Shown: piece by piece, positions 1 to 9,540 of the stretch | Layout: the number at the start of each line of letters is the position of its first letter | Numbering within the stretch: position 1 is the first letter of the stretch | IMG/VR virus record: IMGVR_UViG_3300009285_000025 | Length of the DNA: 41,874 nucleotides | Strand: one strand, 5' to 3' | DNA from: a virus | The notes under the pieces: generated by a model | What the model was told of the DNA's origin: nothing | Seen by the model: the letters and a program-made list of their open reading frames with translations, nothing else | Databases searched by the model: none | Made by a program: the position numbers and the translations under genes

Positions 1-77
1 ACAATGTTTAACGAATTCCATTTGCGAGCAATCTTTTTTAATCCAATTACACCACTTACAGCACGATATAACATTAT
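1..77. repeat. Terminal direct repeat, copy 1. Identical to 41798..41874, giving a circular-closure overlap.
   Basis: The first 77 nt (acaatgtttaacgaattcc...gatataacattat) recur exactly as the last 77 nt of the window. Confidence 0.95.
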
Positions 78-108
78 GTTCATAATCGTATATTTTCTGA
101 TTAAACAT
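1..108 (-). CDS. N-terminal 36 codons of a 48-aa Cys-rich ORF that wraps the contig junction and continues at 41797..41759.
   Basis: ATG at 108 follows AAGGA 7 nt upstream. It translates MFNQKIYDYEHNVISCCKWCNWIKKDCSQMEFVKHC with no stop before position 1. The frame continues through the junction to a TAG at 41759. Confidence 0.5.
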   Translation of the reverse strand, partial: MFNQKIYDYEHNVISCCKWCNWIKKDCSQMEFVKHC

Positions 109-110
109 AA

Positions 111-260
111 TTAGTCCTTTTTATTTGCTTTCATTTTATCTGATAATCTATCGGCATCTGATTGCTCTTTTCTATAATGCTTATCGACTAATACAGCATA
201 TATCCATACGATTATTCCTGCACTAAATATGGCTATCAGTCCTAATATTATTATGCTCAT
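111..260 (-). CDS. 49-aa small membrane protein (not in the ORF track); holin-like candidate.
   Basis: ATG at 260 is preceded by GGAG. It translates MSIIILGLIAIFSAGIIVWIYAVLVDKHYRKEQSDADRLSDKMKANKKD: one hydrophobic helix and a charged tail. Confidence 0.5.
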   Translation of the reverse strand: MSIIILGLIAIFSAGIIVWIYAVLVDKHYRKEQSDADRLSDKMKANKKD

Positions 261-288
261 AAATTTTCTCCAAGCAATAAAACGGATA

Positions 289-402
289 CTATGAGAGTAT
301 CTTATTCTCCACTTCTGTTATCTTTTTACCCTCTAAAAACTTTATAGCAATCGGCTCAACCTTTTCTCTGATATAATCCTTTGCGGGCTTTTCGCTAACC
401 AT
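289..402 (-). CDS. Possible 37-aa ORF.
   Basis: ATG at 402 gives MVSEKPAKDYIREKVEPIAIKFLEGKKITEVENKILS. The RBS is weak and the only support is that it fills a gap in a tightly packed operon. Confidence 0.2.
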   Translation of the reverse strand: MVSEKPAKDYIREKVEPIAIKFLEGKKITEVENKILS

Positions 403-409
403 ATTATTC

Positions 410-601
410 TTACCCATTGTTTTTATACTCCAATACTCCATAACTTAAAGGTGGCTTATTCTTACATTTCGGGCAAGTGCGATTGAAAAGCCCTACCGCC
501 AAAAATCGCTTACCGCAACCTATCTGAAGGCAGTTTCGCCACACTCTCTCTATTTTCGGCATTGCATAATTATCGTTATTTCTATGTCTCCATTTGCCCA
601 T
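410..601 (-). CDS. Hypothetical 63-aa zinc-ribbon-like protein.
   Basis: ORF track. It has Cys pairs CLQIGC and CPKC and is packed in the late operon. Confidence 0.5.
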   Translation of the reverse strand: MGKWRHRNNDNYAMPKIERVWRNCLQIGCGKRFLAVGLFNRTCPKCKNKPPLSYGVLEYKNNG

Positions 602-606
602 AAGTT

Positions 607-918
607 TCAGTTCAATAACAATTTATATATTTGCCCTATTATACCTGCAAAGTATCCTACTCCATTGTCCTCTACTGCTTTCTTTATAAATAGAAAATCA
701 GTATCATCTAATTCTATTTCATCTTTATCAAATCCAAATATCTTTGTTGCAAGGTCGTAACTTTTCAAGCTGTCTAACACATCAACCTTTCGATTTATAA
801 GTAATGACACAAGCACTGTCTTTACTTTTAATTCATCTTTACTATTAGAATTTGCAAGTATTGGGCGTCCATCAATGTCCGTTAAAATCACATTTAGCCC
901 CCTTATTAGTTTCGCCAT
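607..918 (-). CDS. Hypothetical 103-aa protein.
   Basis: ORF track. It is preceded by TTAGAAAGGAG on the minus strand. Confidence 0.6.
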   Translation of the reverse strand: MAKLIRGLNVILTDIDGRPILANSNSKDELKVKTVLVSLLINRKVDVLDSLKSYDLATKIFGFDKDEIELDDTDFLFIKKAVEDNGVGYFAGIIGQIYKLLLN

Positions 919-939
919 ATCATCTCCTTTCTAAAAATT

Positions 940-1086
940 CTATATCCATTCCCTTTTTTCAGGAATTACCTTTTCTTCTTCCTTTTTACCGCAATGCTTA
1001 CATTCTCTAATATGGTCAAGAGATGTCCCTATAAGTTTCTCAATCCAGCAATGCCCGCCTATTTTTAGGCATTCATTTTCAGTCAT
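940..1086 (-). CDS. 48-aa Cys-containing small protein (not in the ORF track).
   Basis: ATG at 1086 is preceded by AAGGTGA. It translates MTENECLKIGGHCWIEKLIGTSLDHIRECKHCGKKEEEKVIPEKREWI and lies directly after the tail-fibre stop. Confidence 0.45.
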   Translation of the reverse strand: MTENECLKIGGHCWIEKLIGTSLDHIRECKHCGKKEEEKVIPEKREWI

Positions 1087-1103
1087 TTATCTCACCTTAC
1101 TTT

Positions 1104-4025
1104 CTATCCTATCAATCCAGTTGCCTGTAGGTCAACAATTAAAGTTCCCAATACATCCGCCAATTCATCTATACTTGTAGCATTAGCATCAAAACTTCTA
1201 TCCGTAGTAACATTTGTTGGGGTGTATGCTGATGACTTAAATAATTTTATAATACTCCCATTTTCCGTTCTAAAGTGTGGAGCGGTATTCCCTGCCACAA
1301 TATCTGCCCCATATTGAATATAAGCATTTACAGGTGAACTGCTCGGATTAGTATTTGCAAGTAATTGCGTTAAGCACCCTATTCCACCGCCAGAATAATC
1401 TGTTCCTGCCGATAAAGTAGAGCCAATCGTTATATTCCCATCTTTTGTCAACTCAAATCTATCGACATCTGCGCCTGTTCTCATAATAATCCTACCCTCT
1501 TGAATATTAGGAGTAGTAGGATTACCCGCATTAAAATACCAGTTACCTCTTTGATTTGCTATAGCCGAATAAGTATTCCCTTTACCACCTATGGCGGGTC
1601 CGTAAGATGCCCCAAAAGATGTTGTAATTCCACAGCTAACTACCAATGCCCTTGCTGTGGAATCAACGTGAAGGGTATTTACATCATCAACAGAAGTTGA
1701 GACGCCATTAAACTGTAGCCCTTTGCCTAATCGTAATCTTGTTCCGTCAAAATCTCCCATAGTAGTCCAAGTAATTGTAGTGTCTATTGTGCCTGACAGA
1801 GCAGAATAATATGTTATTGTATTATTCTGTAATTTAATCATAGAAGCAGCGGCGGTTGTCTTATACTTCCAATCAGTGCTATAATAAACATTACTTGTTA
1901 GATACATTTTTCTCGGTTCTGCACTATTGCCCAGAATAATTGAATTAGAATGACTTTCAATAGCGTCAAATCCCGAATACCAAGTTTCTATGTCGGTAGT
2001 TTTAATACCAATACCATATCTGTGAAGATGTATGAAAGACGCCCCACTATCAATGGAATTAGATTTTAATTGCAATGCCTGATTTGTAGCATTACCACCA
2101 ATTAAAGTTTGCCCACTCGCCCTACCTAAAAGTAGGGCATACTGTGTATGGTCATCATCTGCAAGTCCCGTTAAAGCACCGTGGTCTGTAACACCGCCAC
2201 CAGTTGCATTAAGTGTAGTCCCGCTAATCGATAGATTAGTCCCAAGCGTTATTTCTTCAGCATCTCCAGCACCAGCAGTCGCCCTGCCAAGAAGCCGATT
2301 GTTAGTAGATACATTCTGTATTTTAGCATAGGTAACTTTATCGTTGCCGATAACTGTAACCCCAGCATTGTCATTAGTTACATCACCAGATAAGGTTACT
2401 GCTGTAGCTACACCAGAACCATTGCCTACAAAAAGTTTCGCACTTGCAAGTGCAGTAGGTAATAATGCTACCCAGCCACTCCCGTTATATTCATTTAACT
2501 CATTAGTAGTTGCATTGTAAATAATAAGCCCAGCTACGGGTGTGCCAATTAAATCCCTTTGAGCAGTAGTCATTCGTGGGGGTAAAAATCCCTGTGTAGT
2601 GCTGAACAGTTCAAGTATTGCCGAAGCCACTGGAAAACTCGCCCCGCTTGTTCTTATTATCATTGGCACGCCTGCAAAGGCATAATCCTCACCTGTATTG
2701 GCGTGTGTTACTCTGAAATATGAACCACTATTTATGAGCAATTCTACGTGCTTATCGCCCAGCCCATTTTGATATATCTTTACACCATTATTATTAGTAG
2801 GATTGTCATATAAATGTAATTCTTCCGTAGTTGCCGTTCCACCATATAAAATTTGCCCACCTGCCCTTCCCGCAAGTAACGCAAACTCCGTTTCAGCTTT
2901 ACCGCCTACTAATTCGCTGTTATCAACTATTCCGTCATTATCAGTATCGTAAACGGACTTTAGCATATCACCTACACCCGCCTCGTCTGCCCAGATAGGA
3001 TTAGCACCAATTCCCTGTGTTTTAAGGAATTGCCCACTCGTTCCGTAGCCAAGAGCCACCCAATTAGACCCGTTAAAATATAGTATATCACCCTGCGTAT
3101 TAGCACTCGCTCCGACTTGCTTAACGCCACCACTATTAAGAACAAGCATATCCGCACTTACCCAGCTATCCGTAGTAGTGCTACGTTTAAATGCCATTAC
3201 ATCTCCGCCACAATCAATAGTAAATAGCCCCTCACCATTTAAGTGCTGTGTTGCAGTAAGTTGGTCTAAATCTTGAAATAATATACGTGGCTGGTTATCA
3301 TTGATTAAAAGACACGTTCCATAGGCGGAGAATGCTGGAGATATACTCCCTAAAGCTAATCCTGTATGGGCATCGCCGACTACTAACCCCCTCTGCCAAA
3401 ATGAAGTAGATGCCGACCTAACAGAACTATAAGTATGTGATATATCTATATGTCCAGCACCAAAAGTTAGCTGTGCAGAATGAGTGTCCGTGAGATGATG
3501 TATTAGCAACCACGACTGCTGACCCGACCCGCTCTGTATAACACCGCCAACACCTAAATCTTGACCAAAGGCAACTTGAACTGTATAAGGGTCGCCGCTA
3601 CTAGCAACAGCTGGGTCAAGTGTAGTGCGTAGGAGTAGGCGAGAATTAGTTGGTGCTTCGAGGGAAAGAACTCTTGTCCCACTTTCAGCGCTAACTATGG
3701 TATTGTCAGTATCTCTGCCAATATATAAATGCCCATAACTTGCATCAAACCACATTCTTGGTTTATTTACGGTTAAGTCCCTTATGCCAAAGTTATGTGT
3801 TCCAGCCCTGCCAATATCTGTTTCTATACTCCACTTTGCAGAATTATTGCTCGCTAATACTAATTGTGCGGATTTAGATTGCCCGCCAGTGCTATTAGAA
3901 TTCTCTATAACTACCGCAGACGCCCCACTCGCCCCTCCGTCTTTAGTTATATGCAGTCGCTCTGTAGAAGTAAGAATAGTCCCTGTATCGCCAATCTGAA
4001 CATCATAGTTCGTATCTATTCGCAT
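1104..4025 (-). CDS. Tail fibre / tail spike protein (973 aa).
   Basis: It is the last large gene of the structural module. It carries fibre-type motifs DTDNDGIVDNSELVGGK and LTGLADDDHTQYALLLGRASGQTLIGG, the latter with a second copy (ETEFALLAGRAGGQILYGG). The rest is Gly/Ser/Thr/Asn-rich. Confidence 0.75.
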   Translation of the reverse strand: MRIDTNYDVQIGDTGTILTSTERLHITKDGGASGASAVVIENSNSTGGQSKSAQLVLASNNSAKWSIETDIGRAGTHNFGIRDLTVNKPRMWFDASYGHLYIGRDTDNTIVSAESGTRVLSLEAPTNSRLLLRTTLDPAVASSGDPYTVQVAFGQDLGVGGVIQSGSGQQSWLLIHHLTDTHSAQLTFGAGHIDISHTYSSVRSASTSFWQRGLVVGDAHTGLALGSISPAFSAYGTCLLINDNQPRILFQDLDQLTATQHLNGEGLFTIDCGGDVMAFKRSTTTDSWVSADMLVLNSGGVKQVGASANTQGDILYFNGSNWVALGYGTSGQFLKTQGIGANPIWADEAGVGDMLKSVYDTDNDGIVDNSELVGGKAETEFALLAGRAGGQILYGGTATTEELHLYDNPTNNNGVKIYQNGLGDKHVELLINSGSYFRVTHANTGEDYAFAGVPMIIRTSGASFPVASAILELFSTTQGFLPPRMTTAQRDLIGTPVAGLIIYNATTNELNEYNGSGWVALLPTALASAKLFVGNGSGVATAVTLSGDVTNDNAGVTVIGNDKVTYAKIQNVSTNNRLLGRATAGAGDAEEITLGTNLSISGTTLNATGGGVTDHGALTGLADDDHTQYALLLGRASGQTLIGGNATNQALQLKSNSIDSGASFIHLHRYGIGIKTTDIETWYSGFDAIESHSNSIILGNSAEPRKMYLTSNVYYSTDWKYKTTAAASMIKLQNNTITYYSALSGTIDTTITWTTMGDFDGTRLRLGKGLQFNGVSTSVDDVNTLHVDSTARALVVSCGITTSFGASYGPAIGGKGNTYSAIANQRGNWYFNAGNPTTPNIQEGRIIMRTGADVDRFELTKDGNITIGSTLSAGTDYSGGGIGCLTQLLANTNPSSSPVNAYIQYGADIVAGNTAPHFRTENGSIIKLFKSSAYTPTNVTTDRSFDANATSIDELADVLGTLIVDLQATGLIG

Positions 4026-7000
4026 TGCTTCTGTTAGTGCCCATCAACCGCCCAAATCGTTCCCCCGCAGATATATCTTCAGGCGTAGTAGCCATCATTA
4101 CACTTCTACTTATACCTGGCATTACGCCTTCTATTAAAGCTTGTAATCGCAATGGCGACATCCCAACCTTGCCCGCCAACTCTCTAACCCACATTGGTGT
4201 CCATTCCCTATACTGCCGTTCTGCGGGTTTTCGCTGTAATCCGTAAGGAACTATTTCTCTTCCAGTAAATAATTTCTTATTTACGAGTTGTTCTATCAGA
4301 GGCACACTCCAGCCAGGTATAGGTGTAGGAATGCCAATATCTTCAGTAAGTTTTGCCTGCGTGCCTGGAATTTGCCCTAATATCGTATCTGCTATACGGA
4401 GCGCAGCTTTAGGGTCTCTATCATAAATATAGTCAAGTATATATGTTGGAATTGTGCCAAACATAGCACCAATCTCAAACAATTTAGGAATAAGTATAAC
4501 TCTATCCCCAATATCAATCGTATAGTATCTTTGGCGGGCTATATTATTACGCCACGTAGGATTATCCCTATTAAGATACCATTCAATTACTGAAGGTGTA
4601 GTTATAAATGTAGCAGTAAGTAATGCAAACTTGCGAGGGTTTTCACCTATAAGGCGATATGCTCTGGACGCTCCCTGAACACCTGCGCCAAAAAATGGTA
4701 TCAACGTTCCTATCTGCCGAGAAATCATACCCTCTCTTGCAAAATTAACGGTTACCTCTCTTGCCATTTGTGCGGCTCGCAGAGGGTTTATGCCCTTCTC
4801 TCTTGCCCTAACAAACTCATTAAACCTTGATAATAATTCCCCCTCTTTAACTAACTGCTCATAAAAATTAGCTAATGATTTTATCCCATATACTTTAGCG
4901 GGCTTCTTAAACTGAGCCCCTACCATTTTTTCTAATTCTTCACGTGAAGTAAAATCGTAAAATGTGCTACCCTTCATCCCTAATAACTCAAACTCATCAA
5001 GATACTTCATTACTTTAGGGTCTTTTATAATACGCTTAAACGTCGTTACAGCTGGAGAAATCAAATTACTGCCCGTCTTGGATGCAAACATCTGCATTGG
5101 AACATCCCTTGCTATATTCCGCACCGCCCAAAATGCAGGATTTCTTGTTATAGACCATTGCAATGCTTTAGTAAGAACATTAGAAAATTTAAGAACAGCG
5201 TTAAGCTGAATAGGAGTAAATGCCCTTAAACTTTGTGCTAATTCCTTACCAACTATATCATTAGGATTTAGAGCAAAAGTTACTGGGGTGCCGTCTACTT
5301 TAGTTCTGATTAGATATTGCTCTGCCTCTTGGGACTTTCTCTCCATTTTACCTGTAATTCTTCTTGCCCATCCCTGCCTAACCGCTTCCTCACCAATAAG
5401 CGACTTCATTGTATTATTCTCTATTAGCTTATTTATAATGTAACGTTTACGGGATATAGATGTAAATATATTGGCAATCTCCGTTTGTCCTGTTATACCT
5501 TTCAACTCATCTACAAATTTTAGTGAAACGTCATCTTCAAGCCCCTCAAATACCCTCTCAAGCGGAACATACCATTCGGGCTTATTCAGATTGCCCAACG
5601 TATCCTTATTGATTATTTTGGCGTCATATAAGTCCTGTATCATTGCCCTCTCATTTTTGCGAATCTCACGCAGATATGGTAAAATCTGTTGTGCCTCGCC
5701 ATTTGCCTTCATTTCTTCTATAGTATTTAATGCTCGAGCTAACTCCTCTCTTACCGCTTTTTGTTTGAGCAACAACCTCTCATCCGCTGGCGTTTTCTTT
5801 AATTGTTCCTCTAACGACTTCAGCAATTCTGGGTTACGTTCCTGCATTGTCATTGCCTTTGCAAAGGCATCTGTCTTTACAAATAGCTTCTTTTTTTCAA
5901 GCCCCCTTATGATTTGTCCAAACGGCATACCGCCAATACGTTTAATATTGCCCGTTCTCATCAGTTCCGCATAAGAAATAAGCCCCTTCTCAAACTCCAT
6001 TGCAGTAGTCCCAGCTACCTGCTTGGCAGTATAGAACCTTTCTGTAATCTTTTTACTTATATCACGAGGTAGTAATTTATCAAAATAGTGCAAGTTGTTT
6101 GTAGTATTAAATCTGAATTTATCCCACCCACTACTTTTTATAACAGGTATTTTCGCTTTACCTACACTTTCAATCGGCTGTATTGACAGCCCCACGCCAG
6201 CCATTTCTGGCTCTGGACGAAGAACATCCTTACCTTCTATTTTACCTATCACTGGCTCACCTTTTAACTCTGGTATCTTTATGGATGGTTTAGTTGGCAG
6301 TTTAGTAGCGGGAGGAAGAGGGAGCTTCACTTCACCCTTTAATCTATTATGCAATTTTGTTAAATATTCAGATGTTACATCAGTAAATTTAGCCCCATCC
6401 CACCGTTTTACAGAAACTATGTTATTAGCGTTGGCTGGCTTTGTAATAGTTTCACCTTTCGCTTCTCCTATATTATTAAATTCAACTAAAAACTTACCTT
6501 TTGAGGAAGTTATATACTGTGTAGCACTCCCAGGAGTAGGAGCAAAGCTATTAGCTCTCCCAGCAACCCCTCCTTTATATACAATCTCTCCCGAAATAAC
6601 CTTATCAAGTTCTTTCTGTCCCATTCCACGCCAAGCCACCCCCTTTACAGATTGTAACTTTGGAGTATTGAAATAATTGGCATTTGGGGAAAACCCTGAC
6701 TGCTGACTTACCTTACTATCTATAAATTCCTTTAATCCCCCAGAAACCTCTCCGATAGGTTCGGTAGGAATAGGAGGGGGTTGTCCCTCAACTTTCGCCG
6801 TAGTAACCTCTTTAGGTAGTGGAATTCCCTCTTGAGCAGTAATGGGCTTAATTTCTTTTATTATTTCCGCTATCCGTTCTGGTAATGGCTTTGTTTCAGA
6901 TATTATCTGCTCTTTAGGTATTGGGATAGCTTCAGGTTTCTCTATCGGCTTAAATTCTGCCGTAGGTATTTCTCGTGCCATTGGACGACCAGCAACACCT

Positions 7001-7929
7001 TCCCTAAAAAATCTTTCCTTTGCCAACATTTCGGATAACTGCTGTGCTGTAAGTTTAGGTTTAGGGATAAGTTCAGATATTGGCTTTGTCCCAACCTCAC
7101 CTATTACTTTACCCAATCCAGCTTTTAGTCCTATGCCTACTGGCTCTAAAACCTTACCAGCCCCATATAATTCCGCTAATTCTGGCAGAGTTTTGGGTAT
7201 AACCCCTCTTGCCATAGTTCGCCACAATGCACCCCAAGTGCTACCCTTTTCAATCTGCTCTTCTGTGCCTTTTTCTAATGTTTCTGCTAATTTGCCAGTA
7301 ACAGGTAAGGGTGTTTCTACGAATGGTTTTCCTGCTTCAGCTAATCTCATTGCTGTTCTTATCTGAGGCGCTACATAAGAAAGAGCATCCTGATAATCTT
7401 GCTCATTAGAAAAATCTTGCCGTTGTGGTATATATCCCCCTCTCGCTTTTGCGTGTTCTATTTCCCCTTTTCGTTTTGCCTCAATATTCTCAAGTGTCCT
7501 TTTGGCTAAATCCCTTAACTGTGATGTCCCTTCACCCGTTACATAAAATTGCTCCACATCTTTTTGCAGTTGTTCTTTATTGCCAGCATAAGGCGTTAAA
7601 ATACCTAATTCTTTTACCCCACCCATTTCCTCTATCTTCCCCATCTCAGTAGCAAATTCTGGCGAAAGCATCTTCATTCTTTCAAACACTTCCGCTTTTG
7701 TTCGGATTGCTTCTTTCTTTAATTCAGGTGTAGGCACATCCATTTTAGGTTGCTCAAAAATCGGCTTCGGGATTGCTTCTTGCTTTGAAGGATATTTATT
7801 CTTAATCCGTTCCAATAAAGAACCGTCAGCTTTTTGCGGTATAGCTAATGGCGGTTGAGACGGCAAGGCGGGATACTTACGCTTAACACGTTCTAATAAA
7901 GTAGAAGAAGCAGTAGCAGTGTCATCCAT
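4003..7929 (-). CDS. Giant internal virion / DNA-ejection protein (1308 aa, T7 gp16-like by size and position).
   Basis: It lies between the putative core proteins and the tail fibre. It has an N-terminal LLER(V/I)K(R/N)KYP repeat and a Pro/Glu/Ile/Lys-rich linker. No enzymatic motif was recognised with confidence. Confidence 0.45.
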   Translation of the reverse strand: MDDTATASSTLLERVKRKYPALPSQPPLAIPQKADGSLLERIKNKYPSKQEAIPKPIFEQPKMDVPTPELKKEAIRTKAEVFERMKMLSPEFATEMGKIEEMGGVKELGILTPYAGNKEQLQKDVEQFYVTGEGTSQLRDLAKRTLENIEAKRKGEIEHAKARGGYIPQRQDFSNEQDYQDALSYVAPQIRTAMRLAEAGKPFVETPLPVTGKLAETLEKGTEEQIEKGSTWGALWRTMARGVIPKTLPELAELYGAGKVLEPVGIGLKAGLGKVIGEVGTKPISELIPKPKLTAQQLSEMLAKERFFREGVAGRPMAREIPTAEFKPIEKPEAIPIPKEQIISETKPLPERIAEIIKEIKPITAQEGIPLPKEVTTAKVEGQPPPIPTEPIGEVSGGLKEFIDSKVSQQSGFSPNANYFNTPKLQSVKGVAWRGMGQKELDKVISGEIVYKGGVAGRANSFAPTPGSATQYITSSKGKFLVEFNNIGEAKGETITKPANANNIVSVKRWDGAKFTDVTSEYLTKLHNRLKGEVKLPLPPATKLPTKPSIKIPELKGEPVIGKIEGKDVLRPEPEMAGVGLSIQPIESVGKAKIPVIKSSGWDKFRFNTTNNLHYFDKLLPRDISKKITERFYTAKQVAGTTAMEFEKGLISYAELMRTGNIKRIGGMPFGQIIRGLEKKKLFVKTDAFAKAMTMQERNPELLKSLEEQLKKTPADERLLLKQKAVREELARALNTIEEMKANGEAQQILPYLREIRKNERAMIQDLYDAKIINKDTLGNLNKPEWYVPLERVFEGLEDDVSLKFVDELKGITGQTEIANIFTSISRKRYIINKLIENNTMKSLIGEEAVRQGWARRITGKMERKSQEAEQYLIRTKVDGTPVTFALNPNDIVGKELAQSLRAFTPIQLNAVLKFSNVLTKALQWSITRNPAFWAVRNIARDVPMQMFASKTGSNLISPAVTTFKRIIKDPKVMKYLDEFELLGMKGSTFYDFTSREELEKMVGAQFKKPAKVYGIKSLANFYEQLVKEGELLSRFNEFVRAREKGINPLRAAQMAREVTVNFAREGMISRQIGTLIPFFGAGVQGASRAYRLIGENPRKFALLTATFITTPSVIEWYLNRDNPTWRNNIARQRYYTIDIGDRVILIPKLFEIGAMFGTIPTYILDYIYDRDPKAALRIADTILGQIPGTQAKLTEDIGIPTPIPGWSVPLIEQLVNKKLFTGREIVPYGLQRKPAERQYREWTPMWVRELAGKVGMSPLRLQALIEGVMPGISRSVMMATTPEDISAGERFGRLMGTNRSNANRYEL

Positions 7930-8969
7930 TATCTACCTCCCACTCCCTGCTCTTGTCTTATAATTTCCCTTGCATCTTCATCACTATATCCCCGTTCTAT
8001 AGTTAAATAATTGTATGCTTCAGTTATATCATCATCCCCATTTTGCGTAACTGCTGGCTGTCCAGTTTGTGCCAATAATTCTGTCTCTACTTTTGATAAT
8101 GGATATTTCTCTATTATTCGCCGAGACCTCTCCATTCCCGTATCGGCGGGCGGGATTGGGCTACCCTCCCTACTAACTCCACCCGTTAGCGGATTCATTA
8201 GCATTATGTTTATTTCATTCCATAGAATTTCCCTTTCCTTATCATTAGTAGCCATATCAAACGCCTTCATCAATCCTTCTAACCTCGCCATTTTTGACAA
8301 TTCATTAGATTTAGGGATTTGGCTACCTCTAAACTTTTCTCTCTCTAACTTTAACTGCTCCTGCTGATATGGACTTATCACTCCTTGCTGGGTTAATGCT
8401 CGGCTTTTAAGAGCAAGTTCCTCTTTCTGTAATGGTGTTATAGGATACATCATTTTCATATATTCTTCTGGATTTTCCCTATAATATTGCTGTATCGCAT
8501 TTTGATACCTCTTTTCTCTTGTCCCCTCCAATTGCTGTCTGGTTTGTGCTAATAAATTACTTTCCTCTCCTTGAGATTTACGCAATACATCACCTACTGT
8601 CGCCAATCCCTGTAACAATGTCTCTACGCTTTTAGGTTCTTCTCTTTGTGGAAATGGAGATATATTTTCAGGCAGTGTAGTCGAAAATGAAGGTATCCCT
8701 TTAGGAAACTTTGTCGGGTCATACGAAATACCCTGGTATCTGCTCGGAACATATCCAGCAAAATTATTTGTCTGAACGAGACCCTTTTCTCGGTTCTGAA
8801 TATTTATAATATTCGATAACGCCGAGGGCACAGTATCGGCAGTGGACGGCGGAGCAATACCCCCAATACCTAACTTCCCTAAATTCTCCATAGGGCCTTC
8901 TGTTTCGCCTGCTTCATACCATTGCTTTTGACCTCTACGTCCCAAGTAATTCCTAAAATCTATTGCCAT
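7929..8969 (-). CDS. Virion-associated hypothetical protein (346 aa from the MAIDFRNY start).
   Basis: The ORF-track frame was trimmed to the ATG at 8969, which has AAGGAG 8 nt upstream and does not overlap the upstream gene. The protein is Gln/Glu-rich. Confidence 0.55.
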   Translation of the reverse strand: MAIDFRNYLGRRGQKQWYEAGETEGPMENLGKLGIGGIAPPSTADTVPSALSNIINIQNREKGLVQTNNFAGYVPSRYQGISYDPTKFPKGIPSFSTTLPENISPFPQREEPKSVETLLQGLATVGDVLRKSQGEESNLLAQTRQQLEGTREKRYQNAIQQYYRENPEEYMKMMYPITPLQKEELALKSRALTQQGVISPYQQEQLKLEREKFRGSQIPKSNELSKMARLEGLMKAFDMATNDKEREILWNEINIMLMNPLTGGVSREGSPIPPADTGMERSRRIIEKYPLSKVETELLAQTGQPAVTQNGDDDITEAYNYLTIERGYSDEDAREIIRQEQGVGGR

Positions 8970-8982
8970 ATCATCATTCTCC

Positions 8983-9531
8983 TTAAAAAGCCGAACCAAT
9001 AGAAGAACCAAGCCCAGCACCTGTAAATCCTGTTTCCATAGTATTACCTGCTGACATTCCTAACCCCGCACCAACAGGACCGCCTAACAGAAATCCCGCT
9101 GCACCTCCTAACAATGCGCCTATCCCGCCCCTCTTCTTACGACTGGCATTAGCCATCTTTCTTTGCCATTCCAATTCCGCAGCCGTGCTGCCTGCTTGGG
9201 CTCTCATAGCACCTATCAATCTGGCTATCCTGTCTCGCTCTCCTTGACTATAAAGATTCTTCATCCTCTGTCCCTGCAATCCCATTCTCTCTGCTACTCC
9301 GCCTTGCATACCGCCAGCGGCTACTCCCCTGCTTTCAAGATTTTGCTGTAAGTTTGCAATCGCCGCCTGCCGTGCCGCATCCGTTTCGTAACCTGACTGC
9401 TCAATACCACGAACTGACGCCTCACGTTCAGCCGTTTCAAGCGGCGCAAATACACGATTATAATACTGCGTAGGGTCTTGAAACCACTGACGTTTTAGCT
9501 TTCCTTTCTTGCTGCTTCCAAATAATCCCAT
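8983..9531 (-). CDS. Internal virion protein candidate with a Gly-rich hydrophobic C-terminus (182 aa).
   Basis: ORF track. The C-terminus reads GGIGALLGGAAGFLLGGPVGAGLGMSAGN. Its position after the putative nozzle gene resembles T7 gp14. Confidence 0.45.
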   Translation of the reverse strand: MGLFGSSKKGKLKRQWFQDPTQYYNRVFAPLETAEREASVRGIEQSGYETDAARQAAIANLQQNLESRGVAAGGMQGGVAERMGLQGQRMKNLYSQGERDRIARLIGAMRAQAGSTAAELEWQRKMANASRKKRGGIGALLGGAAGFLLGGPVGAGLGMSAGNTMETGFTGAGLGSSIGSAF

Positions 9532-9540
9532 AAAATTCTC

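Noticed and set aside
5900-6700. ADP-ribosyltransferase-like region in the 1308-aa protein (approximate coordinates; VAWRGMG...SFAPTPGSA resembles the R and S-x-S motifs).
   Set aside because: I could not find the third element (Q/E-x-E) at the expected position. The resemblance is too weak to call without a profile search.
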